DNA of 64,000 nucleotides, taken from assembly GCA_965216815.1 (NCBI GenBank), contig OZ244202.1, positions 872,963 to 936,962 on the forward strand, read 5' to 3'. Positions 49,207 to 58,897 of this stretch are shown piece after piece; the first letter of the stretch is position 1, and the number at the start of each line of letters is the position of its first letter. Made by a program: the position numbers and the translations under genes. The notes beneath the pieces are model-generated. The model made no database searches and was not told where the DNA came from. It saw only the letters and a list, made by a program, of their open reading frames with translations. Origin of the DNA: Acidimicrobiales bacterium (GTDB lineage Bacteria; Actinomycetota; Acidimicrobiia; Acidimicrobiales; SHLQ01).

Positions 49207-51036
49207 ATGGCCTACCAGTCGCTCTACCGACGATTCCGCCCGGGTCGATTCGATGAGATCATCGGCCAGGACCATCTCGTCCGGGCGCTCCGAAACGCGG
49301 CGAGGGACGACCGCGTCGGCCACGCCTACTTGTTGTCCGGGCCCCGCGGCACCGGCAAGACGACAGCTGCGAGGGTCCTTGCCAAGGTTCTCAACTGCGA
49401 ACATCCCTCCGAGGGCGAGCCCGACTGCGAATGCGAGTCGTGCAAGGCGATCGAGGAAGGACGCTCGTTCGACTTACACGAACTCGATGCCGCGTCGCAC
49501 AACAAGGTCGACGACGTTCGCGACCTCCTCGCGAAAGTCGCGCTCGGCACGCCTGGCCGCACCAAGGTGTACCTGCTCGACGAGGTCCACATGCTCACCG
49601 CCGGCGCCGAGAACGCACTGCTGAAGACGCTCGAGGAACCGCCCGATCACGTCGTGTTCGTGCTTGCGACCACCGAGCCTCACAAGGTTGTCGAGACGAT
49701 TCGCAGCCGAACCCAGCACCTCGAGCTGAACCTCGTCGGAGCCGATGAGATGACCGAGCACGTGTTCCGGGTAGCCGAACTGGCCGAGCTCGACATCGCC
49801 GATGAGGACGTGGCGCATGTCGTCGAGGTCGGTCGCGGATCTGTGCGCGACACGCTCTCGGCGCTCGACCGGGTCGTTGCTGCCGGCGGCCGGGGGTCGG
49901 TCGACGACGGTCACGGTGAGTTGATCGATGCACTCGCGGCGGGCGAACCCGGAGCGGTGCTCGCGGCGGTCGCCCAATCCGTGCAGGCCGGCACCGACGT
50001 TCGAGTCGTAGCCGAACGATTGGTGGCGTCGATGCGCGACGCGTTCCTCGTCGCTCTGGGCGGCCCGACACCTCAGCTGGGCGACGCAGCGCGCGTGGCG
50101 GCGGCAGAGACCGCCAACGCTCTCCGTCCTGCGAAGATCACCAACATCCTCGATCTCGTCGGCACCGCACTCGTCGACATGCGGCAGTCACCCGACCCCC
50201 GCATCGACCTCGAGGTGGCTCTCGTTCGTGCGGCACGCCCGGCCGGCGGAGACGACGGGGGTGGCGGTGAACGCATCGCCGAGCTCGAAGGAAGAGTGGC
50301 GCAGCTCGAGGCTCGTATCGCCGACCGAGCGGTGGCAGCTGCAGCAACAGATGCTCCCGAGCCATCCGCCCCCGCACCTCCGGAGCCGCCTGCGAGCTCC
50401 GGCCCGGTGGCCAAGGCACGGAAACGACTCGCCCAATCGAAAGGGGCTCGCCAGCGCAGCGAGGCTTCCGACGAGCCGGCCGCACCCCCGCCGGCATCGC
50501 GGTCGAAGGCACCGACAACTGACGACGCGGCCGCGGTCGACGACGCGCCGTCGGCAACCGACGATCCCTCACCGCCGAGCGATCAAACGCCCACCGGCAC
50601 GACGGCTCCGGTGCTCGACCTCGACGCGCTCAACGCTCAGTGGTCCGAATCGGTGCTCGGCACTCTGTCGAACAAGGCCCGTGCCCGACTCCAGGCGGGC
50701 CGGTTCGTTTCCGTCGGCGATGGCACCGCCGAATACGCTTTGCCCAACGACATCCATCGCAAGCGGTGCGAGGAGTTGCTCGACGAGGTCCACGAGGCGA
50801 TTGCTGCACAACTCGGTGGCGCCGTGAGGTTGACGCTCACGGTCGCCGACGGCGAGCGGCCATCGCGCGTGAGCGAGCCCGAGACAGGCGAGGGGACTGC
50901 CTCCGGCGGCGCGACCGAAGCCGACGACGACGCGGTCGATCTCACCGATCTCACCGATGCCGACGACAGCGAAGGTAGTTTGCTTGAACAGGTCACCAAG
51001 GCGTTCCCCGGAGCGGAGGTAGTCGACAGTGAGTGA
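49207..51036 (+). CDS. dnaX: DNA polymerase III gamma/tau
   Basis: YQSLYRRFRP, GPRGTGKT, DEVHML, LLKTLEEP. Confidence 0.96.
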   Translation: MAYQSLYRRFRPGRFDEIIGQDHLVRALRNAARDDRVGHAYLLSGPRGTGKTTAARVLAKVLNCEHPSEGEPDCECESCKAIEEGRSFDLHELDAASHNKVDDVRDLLAKVALGTPGRTKVYLLDEVHMLTAGAENALLKTLEEPPDHVVFVLATTEPHKVVETIRSRTQHLELNLVGADEMTEHVFRVAELAELDIADEDVAHVVEVGRGSVRDTLSALDRVVAAGGRGSVDDGHGELIDALAAGEPGAVLAAVAQSVQAGTDVRVVAERLVASMRDAFLVALGGPTPQLGDAARVAAAETANALRPAKITNILDLVGTALVDMRQSPDPRIDLEVALVRAARPAGGDDGGGGERIAELEGRVAQLEARIADRAVAAAATDAPEPSAPAPPEPPASSGPVAKARKRLAQSKGARQRSEASDEPAAPPPASRSKAPTTDDAAAVDDAPSATDDPSPPSDQTPTGTTAPVLDLDALNAQWSESVLGTLSNKARARLQAGRFVSVGDGTAEYALPNDIHRKRCEELLDEVHEAIAAQLGGAVRLTLTVADGERPSRVSEPETGEGTASGGATEADDDAVDLTDLTDADDSEGSLLEQVTKAFPGAEVVDSE

Positions 51037-51403
51037 GCAGGACGACGCGAACCCATCGATGCCCGATCTCTCATCGCTCATGGAGTCGGCCCAGGAGATG
51101 CTCGCGGCCGGTGCACAAGCCGCCGAGGAAGTCGTCACCGGTACCGCCGGCGGGGGAGCGGTGAGCGTCGAGGTAAACGGGCGTTGGGAGTTCCAGTCGG
51201 TGTCGATCGCCCCCGATGCCATCAGCGCCAACGATCCCGACATGCTCGAAGATCTCGTCTTGGCCGCCTTGCGCGACGCCGCCGCTCGCATCGAGGAGAT
51301 GCAACTGACATCGCCCGGGGGCCTCGATCTCGGCAGCCTCGATCTGGGCAACCTCGACCTCGGCGGACTCGACATCGGGAAGCTTCTCGGCGGCGGTGAC
51401 TGA
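51029..51403 (+). CDS. ybaB: YbaB/EbfC nucleoid-associated protein
   Basis: [20 protein letters not shown]; between dnaX and recR. Confidence 0.9.
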   Translation: MSEQDDANPSMPDLSSLMESAQEMLAAGAQAAEEVVTGTAGGGAVSVEVNGRWEFQSVSIAPDAISANDPDMLEDLVLAALRDAAARIEEMQLTSPGGLDLGSLDLGNLDLGGLDIGKLLGGGD

Positions 51404-51414
51404 CCGCGACCGGT

Positions 51415-52014
51415 ATGTACTCACCTCCCGTTCAGACACTCATCGACGAGCTCGGCCGCATGCCGGGTGTCGGACCGAAGTCGGCGCAACGAATCGCCTT
51501 CCACCTGCTCAAGGTGCCGGCCGAGGACGCACGCCGGCTCGCCGAAGCGATCATCGTCGTCAAGGATCGTGTTGCGACGTGCGAGCGCTGTTTCAACATC
51601 GCCGACGGCGCTCTGTGCGAGTTCTGCTCCGACGAGCGACGTGACTCGAGCGTCGTCTGTGCCGTCGAGGAGGCTCGCGATGTGGTCGCGGTCGAGCGGA
51701 CCGGCGAGTTCCGGGGTCGCTATCACGTGTTGCAGGGAGCGATCAGTCCGATCGAGGGCATCGGTCCCGATCAGCTGCGCGTCTCAGAGCTCGTTGCGCG
51801 CGTGGCCGACGAATCGATCGGCGAGGTGATCCTCGCGATGAACCCCAACATCGAGGGTGAAGCCACAGCGATGTACCTCGCGAAGGTGCTCGGCGAGCTG
51901 GGAGTCAAGGTGACGAAGGTGGCGAGTGGTCTGCCGGTCGGGGGAGATCTCGAGTACGCCGACGAGCTCACCCTCGGTCGGGCACTCGAGGGTCGCCAAG
52001 CCGTTGACAGCTGA
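51415..52014 (+). CDS. recR: Recombination protein RecR
   Basis: [11 protein letters not shown]4 zinc finger, [14 protein letters not shown]. Confidence 0.97.
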   Translation: MYSPPVQTLIDELGRMPGVGPKSAQRIAFHLLKVPAEDARRLAEAIIVVKDRVATCERCFNIADGALCEFCSDERRDSSVVCAVEEARDVVAVERTGEFRGRYHVLQGAISPIEGIGPDQLRVSELVARVADESIGEVILAMNPNIEGEATAMYLAKVLGELGVKVTKVASGLPVGGDLEYADELTLGRALEGRQAVDS

Positions 52015-52043
52015 GCAGGACCCGTTGCTGGCCCTCTAGGTCG

Positions 52044-52190
52044 AAACGCGGAGCGACCCGACACCGTAGCTGGGGGGCCGGTGACGGGTCGCTCCACTCT
52101 CATTTGAGGGTGGTGGTGGGGATGAGAGCTGATTCGTTCGCGGATGCTGCGGGACCCACGCGCGGGCATTGCTGAGCCCCGCAGCACCAC
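52044..52190 (-). ncRNA. Candidate 6C-like sRNA
   Basis: Three consecutive hairpins, two with C-rich loops on the minus strand; AT-rich region upstream. Confidence 0.45.
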
Positions 52191-52196
52191 GACCAG

Positions 52197-52279
52197 ATGT
52201 TGCAATTGCATTACAACATTGCGATTACATTACAACAACGACACCATCATGACAAGAGTCATGGAAAAGAAAACATAAA
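52197..52279. promoter_or_regulatory. AT-rich promoter/operator region
   Basis: CATTACAACA twice, TGCAATTGCA palindrome, CATGAC-N4-GTCATG. Confidence 0.55.
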
Positions 52280-52294
52280 GCCGACCTCAGGGCG

Positions 52295-53212
52295 TCAGCG
52301 TTCCTTGAGCGCACGGCTCACCGCGTCGCGAACGACGGCGCTCAGACGATCGCCGCTCTCGTCGTCGTCGGATGTGGCGTCGTCGTCGTCACCTTGTTCG
52401 GCGATGTCGGTCTCGCCCGATGGGGATTCGGCATCGCCTCGATCGGCGTCGGATGAACCGGCCGGTTCGGTCAGGTCAATCTCCGCGTTCTCGTCTCCGT
52501 TTTCATCCTCTTCGATCCTGGGCGAGGGCGTGGTCGCGGCGACACCGACCTTTTCGACCGTTGCGCGAACCTCGTCGAGGGCCAGCTGGAGGCGCGACTG
52601 CACCCGCGTCTGTGCCCCCAGCAACGTGTCGAGTCTGCTCTGTGCGCCGGCGAGGATTTCGGTGCTTCGGGTCGTCGCTTCGTCCTCGGCGGAGCGGGTG
52701 ATCGCTTCGGCCTCAGCGCGGGCCTCTTCGAGGATCCGCTCGGCCTTGCGTTCGGCTTCGGACATTCGGGCCGACGACTTCTCTTCGAGCGCGAGTCGTT
52801 CGGCTTCGAGCGACTCTGTCACTTCGGCCTGCATACCCTCGGCGTCGGCGAGCAGCTGGCGAGCGTTCGCCGATGCTTCGTCGGCCGAGGCCTCCAGCGC
52901 CTCGGCTTCGGCGCGTGCGGCGTCGCGGATGGCGTCGGCCTCTTTTTCGGCCTCCGTGCGAACCCGCGCGGACCACTCCTCGGCCGAGCGCATGATCGAC
53001 GCGACGTCCCGTCCGGTTTGAGCGGCCGTATCGGCGTCGCCGCTCGGGCTCGCCGGCGGCGCCGGTCTCGGGGTTTCACTCGTCGCCTCGGCGACCGCTT
53101 GGATCTCGACCAGATGAGCCGCGACCGAGGCCAGGAAGGCCCGAACCTCGTCGCGGTCGTAGCCTCTGCGTGCGCGTGTGAATTGGCGCTCTGCTATCTC
53201 CTCCGGTGTCAC
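52295..53212 (-). CDS. DivIVA-domain coiled-coil protein
   Basis: VTPEEIAERQFTRARRGYDRDEVRAFL followed by an Ala/Glu coiled coil. Confidence 0.85.
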   Translation of the reverse strand: MTPEEIAERQFTRARRGYDRDEVRAFLASVAAHLVEIQAVAEATSETPRPAPPASPSGDADTAAQTGRDVASIMRSAEEWSARVRTEAEKEADAIRDAARAEAEALEASADEASANARQLLADAEGMQAEVTESLEAERLALEEKSSARMSEAERKAERILEEARAEAEAITRSAEDEATTRSTEILAGAQSRLDTLLGAQTRVQSRLQLALDEVRATVEKVGVAATTPSPRIEEDENGDENAEIDLTEPAGSSDADRGDAESPSGETDIAEQGDDDDATSDDDESGDRLSAVVRDAVSRALKER

Positions 53213-53360
53213 GGCTACCTCCAAATCGGCCCGACCAAGCCACAACCAGTGAGCGAGGAATCCTACTATTTCACGCTGCGCGTGTGAGTGGCGAGGCGAT
53301 CGGGGAATTCTGCTCGACCCGCGGCGGTAGCATCGGGCCACCACGATGAGAGGACCCGCG

Positions 53361-53762
53361 ATGCTGCTAACCGAGATCGACCACGTTGCCATAGCGGTTC
53401 GCGATCTCGACGCCGCCATCGACTACTACCGCGCTGCGTTCGGTGCCGACGTCGACCATCGCGAGATCGTCGACAGCGACGGCGTCGACGAGGCGCTGAT
53501 CAAGGTGGCCGACTCGTACATCCAGCTCACTGCGGCGACCCGCGACGACTCGCCGATCGCGGTGTTTCTCGAAAAGCGCGGCGAAGGCCTTCACCACATT
53601 GGCTACCGCGTCGACGACTGCGCCGAGGCGCTCGCCGCGATGGTCGCCGCTGGGGCTACCCCGATCGACGAAGTGCCGCGACCCGGCTCGCGTGGAACCA
53701 CCGTGGCGTTCATCCACCCGAAGGGCTCGCTCGGTACTCTCATCGAGATCGTCGAGGAGTAG
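53361..53762 (+). CDS. mce: Methylmalonyl-CoA epimerase
   Basis: IDHVAIAV, GEGLHH, AFIHPK...GTLIE. Confidence 0.9.
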   Translation: MLLTEIDHVAIAVRDLDAAIDYYRAAFGADVDHREIVDSDGVDEALIKVADSYIQLTAATRDDSPIAVFLEKRGEGLHHIGYRVDDCAEALAAMVAAGATPIDEVPRPGSRGTTVAFIHPKGSLGTLIEIVEE

Positions 53763-53767
53763 CAAAG

Positions 53768-54649
53768 GTGGAGGTACACCTCGTCGACGGCACCTATGAG
53801 CTCTTCCGCTACTTCTTCGCTCTGCCGTCACATACGACCGCCGATGGCCGCGAGGTCGCCGCGGTGCGCGGCGTACTCGGTTCGGTGGTCGATCTCGTCG
53901 AAAACGGCGCGACCCATGTAGGCGTCGCTACCGACCACGTCATCGAGTCGTTCCGCAACGATCTGTGGCCGGGCTACAAGGACGGATCGGGCATCGACCC
54001 GCTCTTGTTCGAGCAGTTCGGGCTACTCGAGGAGATGCTCGCCGCCGCCGGCTTCACCGTGTGGCCGATGGTCGAGGTCGAGGCCGATGATGCGCTGGCT
54101 GCAGCGGCGGCGGTCGCGGCGGCCGACCCTGAAGTGAGCCGAGCGATCATTTGCACCCCCGACAAGGACCTTGCCCAGTGCGTGCGCGCCGACGGCGCGG
54201 TGGTGCAGTTCGACCGCCGGAGGGGTGTGTTCTACGACTGGGATGGGGTCGTCGAGAAGTTCGGTGTCACCCCGCCGTCGATTCCCGACTACTTGGCGCT
54301 GGTCGGCGACAGCGCCGACGGATTCCCTGGTCTGCCCGGATGGGGGGCGAAGTCGACGTCGACGGTGCTGGCCGAATACGGGCACATCGAGCGCGTGCCA
54401 CACGACGGGGCCGAGTGGACGGTCTCGGTACGCGGCGGCGCGAAGTTGGCCCAGACGCTGCACGAGCACTTCGAGGACGCGCTCCTGTTCAGGCGCATCG
54501 CTACGACCGAGACCGAGGTCGACGTGGGATCGGTCGCCGACTGGGAGTGGCTCGGCCCGACACCCGGCTTCGACGAGTTGTGCGCATCCATCGACGCCGA
54601 CCGGATCGCGGACCGTGCCCACTCGCTCTCTCCAAAATTTGGCGCCTAA
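53768..54649 (+). CDS. 5'-3' exonuclease/flap endonuclease
   Basis: LVDGT, EADD, DKDL, LVGDSADGFPG. Confidence 0.9.
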   Translation: MEVHLVDGTYELFRYFFALPSHTTADGREVAAVRGVLGSVVDLVENGATHVGVATDHVIESFRNDLWPGYKDGSGIDPLLFEQFGLLEEMLAAAGFTVWPMVEVEADDALAAAAAVAAADPEVSRAIICTPDKDLAQCVRADGAVVQFDRRRGVFYDWDGVVEKFGVTPPSIPDYLALVGDSADGFPGLPGWGAKSTSTVLAEYGHIERVPHDGAEWTVSVRGGAKLAQTLHEHFEDALLFRRIATTETEVDVGSVADWEWLGPTPGFDELCASIDADRIADRAHSLSPKFGA

Positions 54650-54679
54650 CCCACGCGTGACGTGGGTTTTCCTCCCTAG

Positions 54680-54840
54680 GAGACTGCTGAGCAATACATG
54701 GCGGCGTCACGACGACCATTCATCCCGCCACTCGGCGTCCTCGCCATCGCCACTACGCTCACAAGTAGTGGCGAGGGCTGCGTCCTTGCATGGCGGGCGA
54801 CTGGCCGCCGTGCCAATCACCGGCATCGCTCAGCAGTCTC
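54680..54840. mobile_element. MITE (161 bp) with 16-bp TIRs, flanked by CTAG
   Basis: GAGACTGCTGAGCAAT / ATCGCTCAGCAGTCTC (15/16 match); CTAG at 54676-54679 and 54841-54844; no ORF. Confidence 0.75.
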
Positions 54841-55923
54841 CTAGAACCGAGGTTGGGCGGCGAGGACGGCGGCGAATGAGTAGGGAGCGGGTTCCTCGAG
54901 CTGGTCGTAGTCGCAGGACTCGGGCTCGCGGTCGGGCCTCCAACGGAGAAACCTCGTGGTTGCTCGGAAGCGCCCGTTCAACACCGACTGGTACTTCACC
55001 TCACAGACGAGGTCGGGCCTGACCGGTATCCAGCGGTGGTCCCGCTGCGATGCGCCCGACCAACGATGCGGCGCGCCCGGCATGCGGCCGTCGGAGTGAG
55101 CCTCCGCCTCGAGCCAATCGCTCCACGGGTGCTCGGAGAAGTCCTCGAGACGGTGGGGCGCCAACTCCTCGACCAACTCGGACCGCCGCTTGCGAGTGAA
55201 ACTCGCGGCGACGCCGACGTGGTGGAGCCTGCCCTCTGCGTCGTGCAGCCCGAGCAGAAGCGATCCGACCCCTTCGCCGTCCTTGTGGATGCGAAACCCG
55301 GCGACGACCGCGTCGGCGGTGCGCACGTGTTTGAGCTTGTACTGGGTTCGCTTGTTCTCCACATACAAACCGTCGACCGGCTTGCAGATGAGCCCGTCGA
55401 GCCCAGCGCCCTCAAAAAGCTCGAACCACTGCATCGCGAGCTCTCGGTCGGCCGTCACGGGTGTGCGGTGAACCGGCTCGGCGAAGTCGGGAGCCAGCTC
55501 GTCGAGCACAGCGCTGCGTTCGGCGAAGGGTGTCGTGCGCAGATCGTCGTCGTCGAGCGCGAGCACGTCGAACGCAATGAACCCGCTCGGAGTCTTCTCC
55601 GCCAACATCTCGACCCGGCTCTCCGCCGGGTGAATGCGCTGCTGCAATGCGTCGAAGTCGAGGTGGTCACCGGTCGCGACGACGAGCTCGCCGTCGACGA
55701 CGACCCGATCGGGCAGCGACGTCAACAGAGGATCGATGATCTCGGGGAAGTACCGCGTGAGGGGGCGCTCGTTGCGGCTCCCCAACACGACCTCGTCCCC
55801 GTCTCGAAACACGATGCAGCGAAAACCGTCCCATTTGGGCTCGAACAGAAGATCAGCTTCGGGCATCTCCGGCATCGCCTTGGCGAGCATCGGCTTCACC
55901 GGCGGTGTGACAGGCAGGTTCAT
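54841..55923 (-). CDS. ligC: ATP-dependent DNA ligase (LigC-type)
   Basis: PMLA, EPKWDGFR, SRN, KHVRTAD, VGSLLLG, RWRPDR. Confidence 0.88.
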   Translation of the reverse strand: MNLPVTPPVKPMLAKAMPEMPEADLLFEPKWDGFRCIVFRDGDEVVLGSRNERPLTRYFPEIIDPLLTSLPDRVVVDGELVVATGDHLDFDALQQRIHPAESRVEMLAEKTPSGFIAFDVLALDDDDLRTTPFAERSAVLDELAPDFAEPVHRTPVTADRELAMQWFELFEGAGLDGLICKPVDGLYVENKRTQYKLKHVRTADAVVAGFRIHKDGEGVGSLLLGLHDAEGRLHHVGVAASFTRKRRSELVEELAPHRLEDFSEHPWSDWLEAEAHSDGRMPGAPHRWSGASQRDHRWIPVRPDLVCEVKYQSVLNGRFRATTRFLRWRPDREPESCDYDQLEEPAPYSFAAVLAAQPRF

Positions 55924-55970
55924 CAACTGCGAGGGTAGTCCCGCGCCAACAACCCGACCGAGGAGCAGAC

Positions 55971-57116
55971 ATGGCCGATCCGGCACCGTTCACGATCGAT
56001 ATTCCCGATGCCGATCTCGATGATCTGCGTCGCCGGATAGAGCAGACGCGCTGGCCCGATGCCGAGGTCGTCGACGACTGGAGCCAGGGCATGCCGCTGG
56101 CGTACGCGCAGGAGATGGCGGCCTACTGGCTCGACGAGTACGACTGGCGGGAGCGCGAGGCCTATCACAATAGGCTGCCGCAGTTCTTGAGCACCGTCGA
56201 CGGCATCGACGTCCACTTCATCCACGTGCGCTCGCAACACGAGAACGCCCGTCCCCTCATCATCTCCCACGGATGGCCGGGGTCGGTCGTCGAGTTCCAC
56301 AAGGTCATCGAGCCGCTCGCCGATCCGACATCCCACGGCGGATCGGCAGACGAAGCCTTTCACGTCGTGTGCCCGTCTCTCGTCGGTTACGGGTTCAGCG
56401 GCGCAGCGGCCTCGCCCGGCTACGGCGTGAGCGCCATGGGCGACACGTGGGCCGCGCTGATGGCAAGCCTCGGGTACGACCGATACTTCGCGCAGGGAGG
56501 CGACTGGGGATCGATGATCACAACGATGATTTCGCTCCAGGACCCCGACCACTGTGCGGGCATCCATCTCAACATGCCGGTCGCCGGCCCCGACTCCGAC
56601 ACCTTCGGCGACCTGACCGATACCGAGTCGGCGGCCCTGGAACGGCTCACCTACTACGACCAGTGGGACTCGGGCTACTTCAAACAACAGAGCACGCGCC
56701 CACAGACGCTCGGCTACGGCCTTGCCGATTCGCCGGTCGGGCAGATGTGTTGGATCGTCGAGAAGTTCTGGAGCTGGATGGACTGCGGCGGCCACCCCGA
56801 AAACGTGGTGACCAGGGACGAACTGCTCGACAACGTCATGTTCTACTGGTTGACCAACACTGCAACGTCGTCGGCGAGGCTCTACTGGGAGAGCGCGCGC
56901 AACACCGAGCTAGGCGAGGTTCCGGGTCCGACTGCTTGTAGCCGCTTCCCGCTGGAGATCCTCGCCACATCGCGCCGCTGGGCCGAGAAACGCTTCACCG
57001 ACATCCGCTACTGGAACGATCTCGAAACCGGTGGCCATTTCGCCGCCTTCGAACAGCCCGAGACCTTCGTCGCCGAGATGCGAGCCGCCTTCGCGGCTAT
57101 CGACGGGACCAGTTAG
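55971..57116 (+). CDS. Epoxide hydrolase
   Basis: HGWPGS, QGGDWGS, GGHFAA. Confidence 0.93.
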   Translation: MADPAPFTIDIPDADLDDLRRRIEQTRWPDAEVVDDWSQGMPLAYAQEMAAYWLDEYDWREREAYHNRLPQFLSTVDGIDVHFIHVRSQHENARPLIISHGWPGSVVEFHKVIEPLADPTSHGGSADEAFHVVCPSLVGYGFSGAAASPGYGVSAMGDTWAALMASLGYDRYFAQGGDWGSMITTMISLQDPDHCAGIHLNMPVAGPDSDTFGDLTDTESAALERLTYYDQWDSGYFKQQSTRPQTLGYGLADSPVGQMCWIVEKFWSWMDCGGHPENVVTRDELLDNVMFYWLTNTATSSARLYWESARNTELGEVPGPTACSRFPLEILATSRRWAEKRFTDIRYWNDLETGGHFAAFEQPETFVAEMRAAFAAIDGTS

Positions 57117-57126
57117 CCTGCGCGCC

Positions 57127-58683
57127 ATGACCGACCATCCGCTCCGTGAACGGCTCGATGAACTGCTGAAACGCCGCGACGAGGCGCTGCACGCAGGCCC
57201 GCAAAGATCCGTCGACCGTCAGCACGAGAAGGGCAAGATGCTCGCCCGCGAGCGCATCGAGTACCTGCTCGACGACGGGTCGTTCCACGAGCTCGACATG
57301 CTTGCCCGCCACCGTGCCCACGATGCGGGCCTCGACGAGCGCCCGTACACCGACGGCGTGATCACCGGCTGGGGAACCGTCGACGGCCGCAAGGTGTTTC
57401 TGTTCAGCCAGGACTTCACGGTGATGGGTGGGGCGCTCGGCGAGGTGTTCGCCGAGAAGATCCACAAGGTCATGGATCTCGCTCTCTCGGTCGGTGCGCC
57501 GATGATCGGTCTCAACGACGGCGCCGGGGCGAGAATCCAAGAAGGCGTCGTCAGCCTCGATGCCTACGGTCAGATCTTCCACCGCAACGTTCAGTCGTCG
57601 GGGGTCATTCCCCAGATAAGCGTCATCCTTGGCCCCTGCGCGGGCGGCGCCGTCTACAGCCCGGCGATGACCGACTTCATATTCATGGTGCGAGAGAAAT
57701 CGCACATGTTCATCACAGGCCCCGATGTCGTCAAGACCGTCACCGGCGAAGAGGTGACCCTCGAGGAGCTCGGTGGCGCGAAGAGCCACGCGTCGAAGTC
57801 GGGTGTGGCGACCTTCGTCGGTGACAGCGAGGAAGAGGTGCTCGACGACGTCAAGTACCTGCTTTCGTTCCTGCCGGAGAACAACCTCGAGGAGGCGCCG
57901 GTCAGCGCCCCCACCGACGACCCCGATCGGCTCTGTGCCGAGCTGCTCGACGTGTTGCCCGACAGCGCCAACATCCCTTACGACATGCGGACCGTCATCG
58001 AGTCGGTCGTCGACGACGGTGACTTCTTCGAGTACTTCCCCAACTGGGCGCAGTCGATCGTGTGCGGATTCTCACGCCTCGACGGCCACCCGGTCGGAGT
58101 CGTCGGCAACCAGCCGCTCGTGTTGGCCGGCGTGCTCGACATCGAGTCGGCGCAGAAGGCGGCACGGTTCGTCCGCACGTGCGATGCGTTCAACATCCCG
58201 ATCATGACGTTCGTCGATGTTCCAGGGTTCCTGCCCGGCGTCGATCAGGAGTACGGCGGCATCATCCGCCACGGCGCCAAGCTGTTGTACGCCTATTGCG
58301 AGGCGACGGTGCCGCGAATTCAGATCATCACACGAAAGGCTTACGGCGGTGCCTACGTGGTGATGGATTCCAAATCGACCGGCGCCGACCTTGCGTTTGC
58401 GTGGCCGTCGGCAGAGCTCGCGGTGATGGGACCCCAAGGCGCCGTCGAGGTGCTGCACAGGAGGGAGCTCCAGCAGGCGGTCGATCCGATCGCTCGGCGC
58501 GACGAGCTCGTCGAGGACTACACCGAACGCAACGCGAACCCGTACATCGCGGCCGAGCGTGGCTACGTCGACGACGTCATCGATCCGACCGAGACGCGCC
58601 GGAAGGTCATCGCCGGGTTCCGCATGTTGCGTTCGAAGCGGGAGAACCTGCCGAAACGCAAGCACGGGATCATCCCGCTGTGA
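57127..58683 (+). CDS. pccB: Acyl-CoA (propionyl-CoA) carboxylase beta subunit
   Basis: GARIQEG, GPCAGGAVY, DVPGFLPG, RKAYGGAY. Confidence 0.88.
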   Translation: MTDHPLRERLDELLKRRDEALHAGPQRSVDRQHEKGKMLARERIEYLLDDGSFHELDMLARHRAHDAGLDERPYTDGVITGWGTVDGRKVFLFSQDFTVMGGALGEVFAEKIHKVMDLALSVGAPMIGLNDGAGARIQEGVVSLDAYGQIFHRNVQSSGVIPQISVILGPCAGGAVYSPAMTDFIFMVREKSHMFITGPDVVKTVTGEEVTLEELGGAKSHASKSGVATFVGDSEEEVLDDVKYLLSFLPENNLEEAPVSAPTDDPDRLCAELLDVLPDSANIPYDMRTVIESVVDDGDFFEYFPNWAQSIVCGFSRLDGHPVGVVGNQPLVLAGVLDIESAQKAARFVRTCDAFNIPIMTFVDVPGFLPGVDQEYGGIIRHGAKLLYAYCEATVPRIQIITRKAYGGAYVVMDSKSTGADLAFAWPSAELAVMGPQGAVEVLHRRELQQAVDPIARRDELVEDYTERNANPYIAAERGYVDDVIDPTETRRKVIAGFRMLRSKRENLPKRKHGIIPL

Positions 58684-58844
58684 CCCTCGCTGCGATCACG
58701 CCCGAGCCCACCGACGAGGAGGTCGCTGCGATTCTGGCCGCCGGCCAGGTCGTGTTCCGGCCGACGGTGGAGCCGGAGTCGAAGGCTAAGACCCCGCGCT
58801 GGCGCTTCTCCGGTCGCAGCTGGATGGGTGACCGCTTCGCCTAG
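58680..58844 (+). CDS. Acyl-CoA carboxylase epsilon subunit-like small protein
   Basis: PTDEEVAAILAA...WRFSGR; GTG overlaps the beta-subunit stop. Confidence 0.7.
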   Translation: MTLAAITPEPTDEEVAAILAAGQVVFRPTVEPESKAKTPRWRFSGRSWMGDRFA

Positions 58845-58852
58845 CCCAACTC

Positions 58853-58897
58853 AGTTGAGTCAAAAAGGGTCAGGCCCAGACCCCATCGTGACTCAAC
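58853..58897. repeat. Hairpin/REP-like element between convergent genes
   Basis: AGTTGAGTCA...TGACTCAACT with a GGCCCAGACCCC core. Confidence 0.6.

Noticed and set aside
49207-51036. Programmed frameshift in dnaX
   Set aside because: No A-rich slippery run seen; the ORF is continuous
52197-53021. 274-aa + strand ORF and many other long overlapping ORFs (e.g. 7353-8762, 20338-21927, 34998-36797)
   Set aside because: Antisense or alternate-frame shadows of real genes in high-GC DNA; Arg/Ser/Pro-rich with no motifs
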